A stretch of DNA of 64,000 nucleotides from an uncultured Actinomycetes bacterium. Its GTDB lineage: Bacteria > Actinomycetota > Thermoleophilia > Solirubrobacterales > Solirubrobacteraceae. The notes under the pieces were generated by a model. It was not told the origin of the DNA and ran no database searches. It saw only the letters and a list, made by a program, of their open reading frames with translations. This document shows, piece by piece, positions 33,979-43,246 of the stretch. The stretch lies in contig CAWBBQ010000022.1 in assembly GCA_963787065.1 (NCBI GenBank), forward strand, positions 18,521 through 82,520, given 5' to 3'. The number at the start of each line of letters is the position of its first letter. The first letter of the stretch is position 1. The position numbers and the translations under genes are program-made.

Positions 33979-35697
33979 ATGCTCCTCCTGATCGTGTTCG
34001 GCTTCGTCGCCGGAGCCGCGACGGCTCTCTCGCCGTGTGTGCTTCCGGTGCTGCCGGTCGCGCTGTCTGCGGGCGCGACGGGTGGGAGGCGACGGCCGCT
34101 TGGAGTGGTGACAGGGCTTGTGCTGTCGTTCACGTTCGCGACGATCGCCCTGGTCTATGTCATCTCGGCGCTCGGGTTGCCGGACGACCTTCTGCGCAAC
34201 GTGGCGATCGCGGTGCTGGTGGGCTTCGGACTCGCGCTGATCGTCCCGCGCTTGGCTGCGTGGGTCGAGGTCGCCGTCAGCCGGATCATCCCGCAGCGCC
34301 AGGCTCGGGCACGCAGCGATGGGTTCGGGTCCGGCCTACTGCTCGGTGCCAGCCTGGGGCTCGTCTACGCGCCGTGCGCCGGGCCGATCCTGGCGGGGGT
34401 GATCACGGTGTCGGCGTCGCAGGACTTCACCGCTGGGCGCTTGGGGGTGGCGTTCTCCTACGCGCTGGGCACCGCGGTGGTCCTGTACGCGCTGATGCTG
34501 GGCGGCCGGCGGCTCACGTCGCGGCTGGCGCGGCGCAGCGGTCGCCTCCAGGCGGCGATGGGAACGCTGATGGTGGCGGTCGCGGCGCTGATGGCGTTCG
34601 AGCTCGACATTCGCTTCCAGACGGCGATCGCCGACGACCTACCGGCGGTGTTGGTGAATCCGTCGCGCGAGCTCGAGGCGAGCACGGCGGCGCGCGAGCG
34701 GCTCGCTGAGCTGCGTGGCGGCGGCGGTGGCGGCGCGCTGGCACAGGCGGCCGAGGCCAGTGGTGACGACGCTTCTGAGTTGCCGGTCCTCGGCGACGCG
34801 CCGGAGATCGTCGGAACGCAGCAGTGGTTCAACACGCCGGGGAATCGGCCGCTGTCGCTCGCGTCGCTGCGCGGCGGCGTGGTACTCGTCGACTTCTGGA
34901 CGTACTCGTGCATCAACTGCATCCGCACGCTGCCGTACCTGAAGGCGTGGGACGGGCGCTACCGAAAGCGCGGCCTCACGGTGGTCGGGGTCCACGCTCC
35001 GGAGTTCCCGTTCGAGCGCGACCCGGACAACGTCGCGCGCGCGGTCCGCGGCAACGGGTTGCGCTACCCGGTGGCGCAGGACAACGAGTTCGCGACCTGG
35101 AACGCCTACGACAACCGGTTCTGGCCGGCGAAGTACCTGATCGACGCACGCGGGCGCGTGCGCTACACGCACTTCGGTGAGGGCGACTACGAGGAGACCG
35201 AGGCGGCGATCCGCGCGTTGCTGGCGGAGGCCGGCGAAGCGGAACTCGGCGCGCGGGCCGAAGCGACGACCGACAGCGCCCGCGAAGGCACGACGCCCGA
35301 GTCCTACCTCGGCGCGCAGCGCGCTGAGCGCTTCGTGAACGGCGCGCTGCGCCCGGGGACGCGCCGGTACGAGCTGGCGCGCGCGGAGGTTGCCGCGATC
35401 CCTGCTCACCACCTCGGTTTCGACGGTCGGTGGCGGGTGGAGGGCTCACGCGCGGTGGCGGCCGGCGACGGGGCTCGTCTGCACCTGCGTTTCACAGCCG
35501 CCCGCGTGTTCCTGGTGCTCGGCAGCAACGCCGAAACCCGCCGCGTCGGTGTTCGCCTCGACGGCCGTCCGCGGCGGCCCATCCGTGTGTCGTCACATCG
35601 GCTGTACGAAGTCGTGCGCCTGGACGAACCCGGCGAACACACGCTGACTCTGGAGCCCGAACGAGGGGTCGAGGCGTATGCCTTCACCTTCGGCTAG
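33979..35697 (+). CDS. dipZ: DipZ-like fusion: CcdA/DsbD-type membrane thiol-disulfide transporter + thioredoxin-like domain + C-terminal beta-sandwich domain
   Basis: The TM Cys residues are in ALSPCVLPVLP and VYAPCAGPIL. The redoxin motif is FWTYSCINCIRTLP. The C-terminal domain ends ...EPGEHTLTLEPERGVEAYAFTFG. Confidence 0.9.
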   Translation: MLLLIVFGFVAGAATALSPCVLPVLPVALSAGATGGRRRPLGVVTGLVLSFTFATIALVYVISALGLPDDLLRNVAIAVLVGFGLALIVPRLAAWVEVAVSRIIPQRQARARSDGFGSGLLLGASLGLVYAPCAGPILAGVITVSASQDFTAGRLGVAFSYALGTAVVLYALMLGGRRLTSRLARRSGRLQAAMGTLMVAVAALMAFELDIRFQTAIADDLPAVLVNPSRELEASTAARERLAELRGGGGGGALAQAAEASGDDASELPVLGDAPEIVGTQQWFNTPGNRPLSLASLRGGVVLVDFWTYSCINCIRTLPYLKAWDGRYRKRGLTVVGVHAPEFPFERDPDNVARAVRGNGLRYPVAQDNEFATWNAYDNRFWPAKYLIDARGRVRYTHFGEGDYEETEAAIRALLAEAGEAELGARAEATTDSAREGTTPESYLGAQRAERFVNGALRPGTRRYELARAEVAAIPAHHLGFDGRWRVEGSRAVAAGDGARLHLRFTAARVFLVLGSNAETRRVGVRLDGRPRRPIRVSSHRLYEVVRLDEPGEHTLTLEPERGVEAYAFTFG

Positions 35698-35713
35698 GCC
35701 CATAATCGGTCGC

Positions 35714-36427
35714 ATGGCGAGGTCCGTCGAAAGGCATGGCTCGGTCCTGATCGTCGAAGACGAGCCGATGATCGCCGACGTGGTGGCGCGATATCTGGAT
35801 CGGGCGGGCTACGAGACCAGACGGGCGCACGATGGCCCCGCGGCGGTCGCGGCGGCGATGAGCTGCCGCCCGGACCTGGTCGTGCTCGACGTCATGCTGC
35901 CCGGGTTCGACGGGCTGGAGGTGATGCGGCGCCTGCATGCCGATCTCGACGCCCGCGTGCCGGTGATCCTGCTCACGGCCAAGGGCGAGGAGGCCGACCG
36001 GCTCGTCGGCCTGCGATCGGGCGCCGACGACTACGTCGTGAAGCCGTTCTCGCCCGCCGAGCTCGTCGCGCGGATCGACGCCGTCCTGCGCCGGACGCGC
36101 GGTGAGGACGCAGCAACGGAGCCGCTGCGCTTCGGCGAGCTCGAGATCGACCCGTCCGGGCGCACGGTGACCGTCGGCGGGCAGGAGGTCGAGCTGACCC
36201 ACCGCGAGTTCGACCTGCTGCATTTCTTGGCGACGAACCCGGGCCAGGTGTTCAGCCGTGACCAGCTGATGGATCGCGTCTGGCAGTTCCCCTTCTACAA
36301 CGACGTCACGACGGTCACCGTCCACGTCCGGCGCCTGCGGGCGAAGCTCGAGCCGGATCCCGCGTCGCCGAGGTGGATCCAGACCGTGTGGGGCGTCGGC
36401 TATCGCTTCCAGCCTGACGCGCCATGA
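35714..36427 (+). CDS. OmpR/PhoB-family response regulator
   Basis: The REC domain (VLIVEDEPMIADVV...DLVVLDVMLPGFDG...DDYVVKPF) is followed by a winged helix (LTHREFDLLHFLATNPGQVFSRDQL...VHVRRLRAKLE...IQTVWGVGYRF). Confidence 0.9.
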   Translation: MARSVERHGSVLIVEDEPMIADVVARYLDRAGYETRRAHDGPAAVAAAMSCRPDLVVLDVMLPGFDGLEVMRRLHADLDARVPVILLTAKGEEADRLVGLRSGADDYVVKPFSPAELVARIDAVLRRTRGEDAATEPLRFGELEIDPSGRTVTVGGQEVELTHREFDLLHFLATNPGQVFSRDQLMDRVWQFPFYNDVTTVTVHVRRLRAKLEPDPASPRWIQTVWGVGYRFQPDAP

Positions 36428-37605
36428 CGCGTTCGCTTGCCTTCACGGTGGCCGCAGGCGCGCTGTGTGCGCTCATGATCTGGCCCGTCTACGGCGTCTA
36501 CCCTGCGTGGGTCACAGCCGGCCTCGTCGCCGCCATTTCGACCACCGGACTTGCCGTCGCGCACGCGCTCTCACGTCACGGGTCGACTCGTTCGTTGCGC
36601 GGCCGCTTCACGGTCGTAATTGCGGTCGCCGTCGGCGTCATCCTGGCCGCCGTCTTGGCCGCTGCCGAGCTGATGTTCGTGTCGAATCACGACGCGCTCA
36701 TGGTGTCGGCGATCGTGCTCGCCGCGGCGCTGGTCGCCCTGCGCGCCGCCCACGTCGCGGCCGCTCGGGTAGTTACCGAGGTGGCGGACGTCCGCGACGT
36801 CCTGCGCTCCGTAGGCGACGGCCAACGGGAGCAGCGCGCCGCCGCCGGGGCCGCGCGGGAGTTGACGGAGTTGGCCGCGGAGGCCAACTCGATGATCGAG
36901 CGGCTCGCGAGCGAGGAGCGCCGACGCGACGCCTCAGATATCGCTCGTCGCGACCTCGTCGCGGCGATCTCGCACGATCTGCGCACCCCGATGACCTCGC
37001 TGCGGCTGATGGTCGACGCCGTCGAGGACGACCTCGTCGACGCCGACACCCTGCCGCGCTACCTCGCGGCGATGCGGACGCACGTCACGGCGCTGGGGTC
37101 GATGATCGACGACCTGTTCGAGCTATCGCGCCTGGAGGCGGGCGACCTCGAGTGGTCCATCCGTCAGGTGGAGCTGTGCGAGCTGGTCGAGGAAGCCGTC
37201 GCCGCGATGGGCCCCGAGGCCGAATCCAAGGGCGTCGCCGTCGCCGCGGACCTTCCGCACCTCCCTCGCCCCGCGCGCGCGGACCCCGAGAAGCTGCAAC
37301 GCGTCCTCTTCAACCTGATCCGCAACGCCATCCACCACACCCCGCCGGATGGCAGCGTCACCGTGCGCGCCGAGGACGCCGGCGAGTGGATCGAGGTCGA
37401 GGTCGCCGACACCGGCGCCGGCATCGCCGCCGACGAGCGCGAGCGGGTCTTCGAGCCGTTCGTGCGCGGCGAGGCGTCGCGCTCGCGCGGCGGCGCCGGC
37501 CTCGGCATGGCCATCTCCCGCGCGATCGTTGAAGGTCACGGGGGGCGGATCTGGCTCGCCGACAGCGACGCCGGGACCCGCGTGCGGTTCGTAATCCCCA
37601 CGTAA
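36424..37605 (+). CDS. sensor histidine kinase (HisKA/HATPase_c)
   Basis: The start overlaps the response-regulator stop (ATGA). The protein has TM segments, the H-box LVAAISHDLRTPMTSL, the N-box LFNLIRNAIHHTP and the G-boxes DTGAGI and GAGLGMAI. Confidence 0.9.
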   Translation: MTRSLAFTVAAGALCALMIWPVYGVYPAWVTAGLVAAISTTGLAVAHALSRHGSTRSLRGRFTVVIAVAVGVILAAVLAAAELMFVSNHDALMVSAIVLAAALVALRAAHVAAARVVTEVADVRDVLRSVGDGQREQRAAAGAARELTELAAEANSMIERLASEERRRDASDIARRDLVAAISHDLRTPMTSLRLMVDAVEDDLVDADTLPRYLAAMRTHVTALGSMIDDLFELSRLEAGDLEWSIRQVELCELVEEAVAAMGPEAESKGVAVAADLPHLPRPARADPEKLQRVLFNLIRNAIHHTPPDGSVTVRAEDAGEWIEVEVADTGAGIAADERERVFEPFVRGEASRSRGGAGLGMAISRAIVEGHGGRIWLADSDAGTRVRFVIPT

Positions 37606-37628
37606 GGGTCCAGCGGAAGGATCGCCGC

Positions 37629-38189
37629 ATGAAGATGCTTCCGATGCTCCTGATCGCCGCACTGCTGGCCATAGCGGGATGCGGCAGCGACGACGAGACG
37701 CCCGCCACCGCCGGTCAGCAAGGCGAGGATGCGGCAATGCAGAAGAAGGACGCCGACGACGCCGCCATGAAGAAGGACGACGAGGACGCGGCCATGAAGA
37801 AGGACGACGAGGACGCCGCGATGGCCAAGGGCAAGGGCACCACGGTCACGATCGGAGACTCGGAGTTCGGCGAGATGATCTTCGACTCCAAGCGCCAGGC
37901 GATCTACATCTTCGAGAAGGACCCGAAGGGCGACACGGTCTGCTACGACGAATGCGCCGAGGGGTGGCCGCCCGTCTTCACCGAGGGTGACCCCGTCGCG
38001 GGCAAGGGCGTCGACGCCTCGCTGCTCGGCACCGTCACGCGCCGCGACGGGAAGCTTCAGGTCACCTACGCCGACCAGCCGCTCTACTACTACGCGCACG
38101 AGAAGCCTGACGAGGTGCGCTGCCACAACGTGAACCTCAACGGCGGCCTGTGGTGGGTCATCGGGCCCGACGGGAAGCGCCGCCCATGA
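37629..38189 (+). CDS. secreted lipoprotein, COG4315 / Lipoprotein_15-type repeat, with acidic tandem-repeat linker
   Basis: The lipobox is LLAIAGC and the linker is DAAMQKKDADDAAMKKDDEDAAMKKDDEDAAMAKG. The domain reads FGEMIFDSKRQAIYIFEKD...CYDECAEGWPPV...LYYYAHEKPDEVRCHNVNLNGGLWWVIGPDGK. Confidence 0.8.
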   Translation: MKMLPMLLIAALLAIAGCGSDDETPATAGQQGEDAAMQKKDADDAAMKKDDEDAAMKKDDEDAAMAKGKGTTVTIGDSEFGEMIFDSKRQAIYIFEKDPKGDTVCYDECAEGWPPVFTEGDPVAGKGVDASLLGTVTRRDGKLQVTYADQPLYYYAHEKPDEVRCHNVNLNGGLWWVIGPDGKRRP

Positions 38190-38626
38190 AACGATCACTC
38201 CCGCTCGCCGTCGGCGCCGCCATGCTGACGGCCGTGGCGGCCGCGGCCTTCGTCCCGCCCGCCATGGCGGCCGGGACGACGGTCACGGCGCGAGGGTCTG
38301 AGTTCGGGACGATGCTCTGGGGCCCGAAGCGCCAGGCGATCTACATCTTCCAGCGCGACGGGCGCAATCGCTCCCGCTGCTACGGAGACTGCGCCGAGCT
38401 CTGGCCCCCGGTCTACACGAAGGGGAAGCCCGTGGCCGGCCGCGGTGTTCGCAGTTCGCTCCTCGGAACCACGCGCCGGCGCGACGGCCGGCGACAGGTC
38501 ACCTACGCCGGGAAGCCGCTCTACTACTACGCACACGAGACAGGCGGCCAGGTGCGATGCCACAACGTCGATCTCAACGGCGGCCTCTGGTGGGTCATCG
38601 GCCCCAACGGCAAACGTCGGCCCTGA
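38186..38626 (+). CDS. secreted paralog of the COG4315-type protein
   Basis: ATG 38186 overlaps the upstream stop (ATGA). The signal peptide is ...FVPPAMAAG. The domain reads CYGDCAELWPPV...LYYYAHETGGQVRCHNVDLNGGLWWVIGPNGK. Confidence 0.8.
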   Translation: MKRSLPLAVGAAMLTAVAAAAFVPPAMAAGTTVTARGSEFGTMLWGPKRQAIYIFQRDGRNRSRCYGDCAELWPPVYTKGKPVAGRGVRSSLLGTTRRRDGRRQVTYAGKPLYYYAHETGGQVRCHNVDLNGGLWWVIGPNGKRRP

Positions 38627-38705
38627 GCGGCATACCCGGGCCGACCCTGGCTGTGTAGGGGTCGGGCTGGACGTGCCAGCGACGGGCCGCTATAGCCTGC
38701 GCTCA

Positions 38706-39646
38706 ATGGCCAAGGTGCGGGACTGGACGTTCGAAGGGACGTGGCCGTTCGAGCCGCGGTGGTTCGATTCCCCCGACGGTCGCATGCACTACGTCGACGT
38801 CGGGCCTGCCGAAGGTCGCCCGGTCGTGATGGTGCACGGCAACCCGACGTGGGGCTATCTGTACCGCAACTTCATCCCGGCGCTGGTCGAGGCCGGGCAC
38901 CGCGCGATCGGGCCCGACCACCTCGGCTTCGGCCGCTCGGACAAGCCCGCGGATCCTGAGCTGTACCGCGTCCCCCGCCACGCCGAACGGCTCGATGCGC
39001 TGCTCGAGTCGCTCGACCTGACCGGTGCGACGGTCGTACCGCAGGACTGGGGCGGGCCGATCGGGCTCTACTGGGCCACGCGGCATCCGGAACGCGTGGC
39101 TGGGCTATTCGTCCTCAACACGTATGCACACGGTTTCCGCCGGGGAGGTGCTGCCACCGGGCAAGGACAAGATCCCGCTGCCGCTTCCGCTGCGTCTGTT
39201 TCGCACGCCGCTCGTGGGAGAGGTACTAGTCAAGGGCCTCGACGCGTTCAAGCGCGGCTTCCTCTTCGGCCAGGGCATCGTCCATCGCGACCGCCTCACG
39301 CCGGCGATCAAGCGCGCCTACCGCGACGTGCACGCCGGCTGGTCGGAGCGCACGCCGATCCTCGTCTTCCCGCGCGAGATCCCGGTCGCCGGCGACGGGC
39401 CGGTCGTCGCAATGACGACCGGGATCGAGCAGCGCCTGAAGGAGCACCCGTGCCAAGCCCGTCCACATCACCTGGGCGATGAAGGACGTCGCCTTCCTGC
39501 CGACCTACCTCGAGATGCTGTGGCTCGACACCTTCCCCGACGCGTCGGTCACCAGGCTCGAGGACGCCGGCCACTATCTGCAGGAAGGCGCCCACGAGCG
39601 CATCGTGCCCGAGCTCGTCAGCTTCGTGAACGCGCTGGCGGCGTAG
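38706..39646 (+). pseudogene. alpha/beta hydrolase (haloalkane dehalogenase-like), two frame disruptions
   Basis: The N-terminal part is MAKVRDWTFEGTWPFEPRWFDSPDGRMHYVDVGP...VMVHGNPTWGYLYRNF...GFGRSDKP...VPQDWGGPIGL (ORF 38445..). The middle part is LRLFRTPLVGEVLVKGLDAF...ILVFPREIPVAGDG (ORF 39025..). The C-terminal part, ITWAMKDVAFLP...LEDAGHYLQEGAHERIV, lies in a third frame. The stop is TAG 39644-39646. Confidence 0.8.
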
Positions 39647-39650
39647 GCGG

Positions 39651-40093
39651 ATGGCCGTTGACGTCGTCACCGAGATCGAGATCACGCGCCCACGCGCGGA
39701 GGTGGCTGCGTTCGCGGGCGACATCGACAACACCACCCGCTGGTACGAGAAGATCGAGTCGGTGGAGTGGAAGTCGTCCCCGCCGCTAGCAGTCGGCTCC
39801 CGAATCGCGTTCGTCGCCAGGTTCCTCGGTCGCCGCCTCGCCTACACATACGAGATCACCGAGCTCGTGCCCGGCGAGCGCCTGGTGATGCGCACCTCCG
39901 AGGGCCCGTTCCCGATGGAGACGACCTACGCGTGGTCGGACTCCGAAGGCGTCGCGACCGGATGACGCTGCGCAACCGCGGTCGGCCCTCGGGCTTCAAG
40001 CGGATCGCCGCGCCGCTGATGGCGAGCGCCGTACGCCACGCCAACAAGCAGGACCTGCGCCGGCTGAAGCAGCTCCTCGAGTCCGGCCCTTGA
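39651..40093 (+). CDS. SRPBCC (polyketide cyclase/dehydrase-like) family protein, one frame disruption near 39955
   Basis: ORF 39651..39965 (MAVDVVTEIEITRPRAEVAAFAGDIDNTTRWYEKIESVEW...) continues as MTLRNRGRPSGFKRIAAPLMASAVRHANKQDLRRLKQLLESGP in the tail of ORF 39767..40093. Confidence 0.7.
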
Positions 40094-40466
40094 TCACGTA
40101 CTTGTCGCCGTCGTGCACGGCCGCGAACGAAAAGGCCGACGGAACCCACCGTCGGCCGTAACTCGGCGGAAACGGCCGCAAACTCCGGGAAAATCCGGAC
40201 GCCGACAGACACGCCGAGAGCGCGAGAATCCCCTGCAAATCGTGGCAACTTCAGACGCACGGCCGCACGACTGAAATCGTGGTGTCTCGGGTTCGAGTCC
40301 AGTCTCGCCGCACGCTCCCGCTGTTGGGCCATCGAGGGCGAGGCCGACAATCCGCACCGGTCCGAGCCCGGGTCTCGCCATCGGGCTCCGTGTCTCGAGC
40401 CGTCCGAGCATCGTCCGGGCACCCTGCACATGGCGCACCGGCGAAAACTGGCTGCGTTCGAGGCGA

Positions 40467-40490
40467 TTTGGTACCCAAATGTGGTACCCA
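40467..40490. repeat. arm-type direct-repeat module (TTTGGTACCCAAATGTGGTACCCA)
   Basis: It lies about 70 nt beyond the 3' end of tRNA-Asp. It is homologous to 19587-19610 and 19806-19830. Confidence 0.5.
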
Positions 40491-40522
40491 TGTCTACGCC
40501 AATGCCTCGGCCGACGACCCAC

Positions 40523-40552
40523 CAAAACAAAAAGCCCCGCTATCGCGAGGCT
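40523..40552 (-). terminator. intrinsic terminator of tRNA-Asp
   Basis: The minus strand reads AGCCTCGC-GATA-GCGGGGCT followed by TTTTTGTTTT: an 8-bp stem including one G-U pair. It is duplicated with repeats C and B. Confidence 0.55.
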
Positions 40553-40560
40553 TCTGAGAA

Positions 40561-40634
<74 letters not shown>

Positions 40635-40710
40635 GGGCGCGACCCGAAGTGTAGCCATCGCGAGCGCGATCGGAGGGTCGTGGCACGACCGGCCATCTAG
40701 CATCCGGCGG

Positions 40711-41265
40711 ATGCCACGCCGCAGCGCCGGCATCCTGCTGTTTCGCGACGCCGGCGACGGGCCCGAGGTGCTGCTCGTCCATCCCGGCGGCCCGTTCTGG
40801 GCCAGGCGCGACCTCGGGTCGTGGTCGATTCCCAAGGGCGAGTGCGAGGACGGCGAGGACCCGCGCGCCTGTGCGCTGCGCGAGTTCGCCGAGGAGCTCG
40901 GCTCCCCGCCGCCGCCGGGTACGCCCGTCGAGCTCGGGGAGGTGCGGCAGAAGGGCGGCAAGGTGGTCGTGGCCTGGGCTCTGCGCGGCGACCTCGATCC
41001 CGAGGCGATCCGCTCGAACTCGTTCACGCTCGAGTGGCCGCCGCGCTCGGGCCGGACGCAGGAGTTCCCCGAGGTCGACCGCGCGGGCTGGTTCTCGCTG
41101 GCCGAGGCGCGCGAGCGGATCCTGCCCGCCCAGGCGCCACTGCTGGACCGCCTGGCGGAGGCGCGGCGTGAGCGGCCGGCCCGCCGCAGGTCCGTCCTCA
41201 GCGGGCGCGGCCAACCGCCCGGCGGGCACGGCGTCGCGCGTGGCTCACCGCCGCGGCGATGCTGA
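40711..41265 (+). CDS. NUDIX hydrolase
   Basis: GILLFRDAGDGPEVLLVHPGGPFWARRDLGSWSIPKGECEDGEDPRACALREFAEELG contains the Nudix box. The Arg/Pro-rich last ~30 residues overlap the convergent cupin gene by 68 nt, so the true 3' end may be earlier. Confidence 0.85.
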   Translation: MPRRSAGILLFRDAGDGPEVLLVHPGGPFWARRDLGSWSIPKGECEDGEDPRACALREFAEELGSPPPPGTPVELGEVRQKGGKVVVAWALRGDLDPEAIRSNSFTLEWPPRSGRTQEFPEVDRAGWFSLAEARERILPAQAPLLDRLAEARRERPARRRSVLSGRGQPPGGHGVARGSPPRRC

Positions 41266-41761
41266 GCAGCGCTCGCGCCGCGGCGAGCTGGACGGCCGCC
41301 GGCGGCCACGCCGGCTGGACGTCCGTCCCGAAGTCGCGGACGAGCGCCGCCGCGGCCAGCGGAGTCGGAAAGCCCCAGCGGTTGAGCTCGCCCGCGCGCG
41401 ACATCGCGGCGAGCCGCTCGCCGAACGCCTCCGTGGGCCCCGCAGGGCGCCACTCGACGTGGAGATGATGCGGCTCGCGGCCCTGAGGCAGCTGCGCGTG
41501 CCTGACGCCGGCCGGGATCACGGCGCGGTCGCCGGAGCGCAGCAGGCGGACGCTCCCGCCCATCCGCAGGCGCAGCGTGCCGTCGACCACCTCGATGTGC
41601 TCGGCGTAGCCGGCATGGACGTGGGCCAGCCGGAGCACGCCCCGCGGACGACCGATGACGTCGAACTCGATCAGCGCACCACCGGTGTCCCGAGCCCGGC
41701 GCCGGATCTCGATCCGGATGCCGAGCTCCGGCATCGCCAGCCTGTCCTCAGCCCTGACCAC
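41198..41761 (-). CDS. cupin domain protein
   Basis: HVHAGYAEHIEVVDGTLRLRMGG...LRSGDRAVIPAGVRH is a cupin motif pair. Confidence 0.7.
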   Translation of the reverse strand: MVRAEDRLAMPELGIRIEIRRRARDTGGALIEFDVIGRPRGVLRLAHVHAGYAEHIEVVDGTLRLRMGGSVRLLRSGDRAVIPAGVRHAQLPQGREPHHLHVEWRPAGPTEAFGERLAAMSRAGELNRWGFPTPLAAAALVRDFGTDVQPAWPPAAVQLAAARALLSIAAAVSHARRRARRAVGRAR

Positions 41762-41779
41762 GGCACCTCCGCTGTCCCA

Positions 41780-41853
41780 TGGGCGGTGCAGGGCTCGAAC
41801 CTGCGACCTCCCGCTTGTAAGGCGGGCGCTCTGACCAGCTGAGCTAACCGCCC
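41780..41853 (-). tRNA. tRNA-Val (anticodon TAC)
   Basis: The sequence is GGGCGGTTAGCTCAGCTGGTCAGAGCGCCCGCCTTACAAGCGGGAGGTCGCAGGTTCGAGCCCTGCACCGCCCA. The anticodon arm is CCCGC-CTTACAA-GCGGG. Confidence 0.93.
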
Positions 41854-41902
41854 GGCGCCAGACCTACAGGCTAGACCGTCGGCTTGCGGCACAATCGATC
41901 GG

Positions 41903-42241
41903 ATGGATCGATCCGTGCTTTGGCGCGCGGCGGCGGTGCAGGCCGTCTCCGTGGCGATGCTGGCCCTTGCGCTCGGGCTCGCGCTTCCGCGCTCGTTCTT
42001 CGCCGAGTGGGGCTGGCTGGCCGGGCCGGCGGCCTGGATCGCGTGCGCGCTGCTGACGGCGGCGGTCGTGCGGCTGCCCGCCCGGCCCGTGCTCGCCGGG
42101 GCAGCGCTGGCCGGCCTGCCCAGCCTCGTCGCGGTGGCGGTCGGCGTGCACTGGCTGGGCGCGGTGTTCGGCGTCGTCCTGTTCGCCCTGTGGTGCGCGC
42201 GGCTGGCGCGCGACCGCGGGCTGCCGGCGCGCGCGATCTAG
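41903..42241 (+). CDS. hypothetical membrane protein
   Basis: The protein is 112 aa with 3-4 hydrophobic helices (VQAVSVAMLALALGLAL..., WLAGPAAWIACALLTAAVV..., LPSLVAVAVGVHWLGAVFGVVLFALW). Confidence 0.5.
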   Translation: MDRSVLWRAAAVQAVSVAMLALALGLALPRSFFAEWGWLAGPAAWIACALLTAAVVRLPARPVLAGAALAGLPSLVAVAVGVHWLGAVFGVVLFALWCARLARDRGLPARAI

Positions 42242-42290
42242 GGCGTCGCCGTCACGCGCCCACACTGCGGGACGCCACTAGCCTGCCGCC

Positions 42291-43043
42291 ATGGACCTGG
42301 GCATCGCGGGACGCGTCGCGCTCGTCACCGGCGCGTCGGCCGGCATCGGCCGTGGGATCGCCGCCGAGCTGGCGGCGGAGGGGGTGCGCGTCGCCGTCAG
42401 CTCGCGCTCGCGTGAGCGGATCGAGGCGGCGGCGGCCGACATGGGGGCCACCGAGCTTCGTGTTCGACAGCGCCGACCTCGACGCCGTGCCGGCGCTGGT
42501 CGAAGAGGTCACGCGGGCGCTGGGGCCGATCGACATCCTCGATCTGCAACACCGGCGGGCCGCCGGCCGACCCCGACCCACTCGCGTTCACGCGCGAGCA
42601 GTGGGAGGCGGCCTACCGCACGCTCGTGCTCGCGCCGATGGCGCTCGTGGAGGCGGTCGCTGCCGGGCATGCGCGAGCGCGGCTTCGGGCGCGTGGTCAA
42701 CGTCGTCAGCACGAGCGTGCGCGAGCCGATCGGCGACCTCATGCTCTCCAACGCCCACCGCGCATCGATGATCACGGCCTTCAAGACGCTCGCGCGCAGC
42801 GTCGCGGGCGACGGCGTGACGCTCAACAGCGTCCTGCCCGGGCGCATCGCCACGCAGCGCATCTTCGAGCGCAGCGCGTCCCCGGAGGCGGCGGAGGCCG
42901 ACGCCGCGCGCCAGGTGCCGGCGGGCCGGCTCGGCACGGTCGAGGAGATGGGCGCCGCGGCGGCGTTCCTGTGCTCGGCGCGGGCCGGCTACATCACGGG
43001 CGAGACGCTGACCGTCGACGGCGGGCTGACCCGCTCGGTCTGA
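42291..43043 (+). pseudogene. SDR-family oxidoreductase with at least three frame disruptions (frame restored)
   Basis: The N-terminus (VALVTGASAGIGRGIAAELAAEG) and C-terminus (RVVNVVSTSVREP...NAHRASMITAFKTLA...TLNSVLPGRIAT...GYITGETLTVDGG) are in frame. The middle is found in other frames: FVFDSADLDAVPALVEEVTRALGPIDIL (ORF 41884..) and LAPMALVEAV (ORF 42626..). Confidence 0.8.
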
Positions 43044-43088
43044 CCGAGCCGCGTCCGCGCCCGACCCGCGACCTATCATCGGTCGCAG

Positions 43089-43162
43089 GCCCCCATGGTC
43101 TAGCGGTTCAGGACGCCGCCCTTTCAAGGCGGAGATCGCGGGTTCGAATCCCGCTGGGGGTA
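43089..43162 (+). tRNA. tRNA-Glu (anticodon TTC)
   Basis: The sequence is GCCCCCATGGTCTAGCGGTTCAGGACGCCGCCCTTTCAAGGCGGAGATCGCGGGTTCGAATCCCGCTGGGGGTA. The anticodon arm is CCGCC-CTTTCAA-GGCGG. Confidence 0.93.
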
Positions 43163-43246
43163 TGGGCGTACACCGAGGTTGACGGCCTCGCGCGCGTTCG
43201 CCGATACTCGGTCACCGCGGTACGCACGACTGAAAGGGGACGAACG

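Noticed and set aside
40261-40312. tRNA-Phe(GAA)-like 3' half on the plus strand: CACGA-CTGAAA-TCGTG, then TCGGG-TTCGAGT-CCAGT and TCGCCGCA.
   Set aside because: The anticodon loop has only 6 nt. Two of the five T-stem pairs do not form. There is no 5' half. It may be a very old att relic, but the evidence is too weak to call.
41198-41265. A 68-nt convergent overlap of the NUDIX and cupin ORFs, considered as possible antisense regulation.
   Set aside because: The overlapping NUDIX tail is Arg/Pro-rich and lies beyond the normal family length. It is most likely read-through or an undetected frame error rather than a functional overlap.
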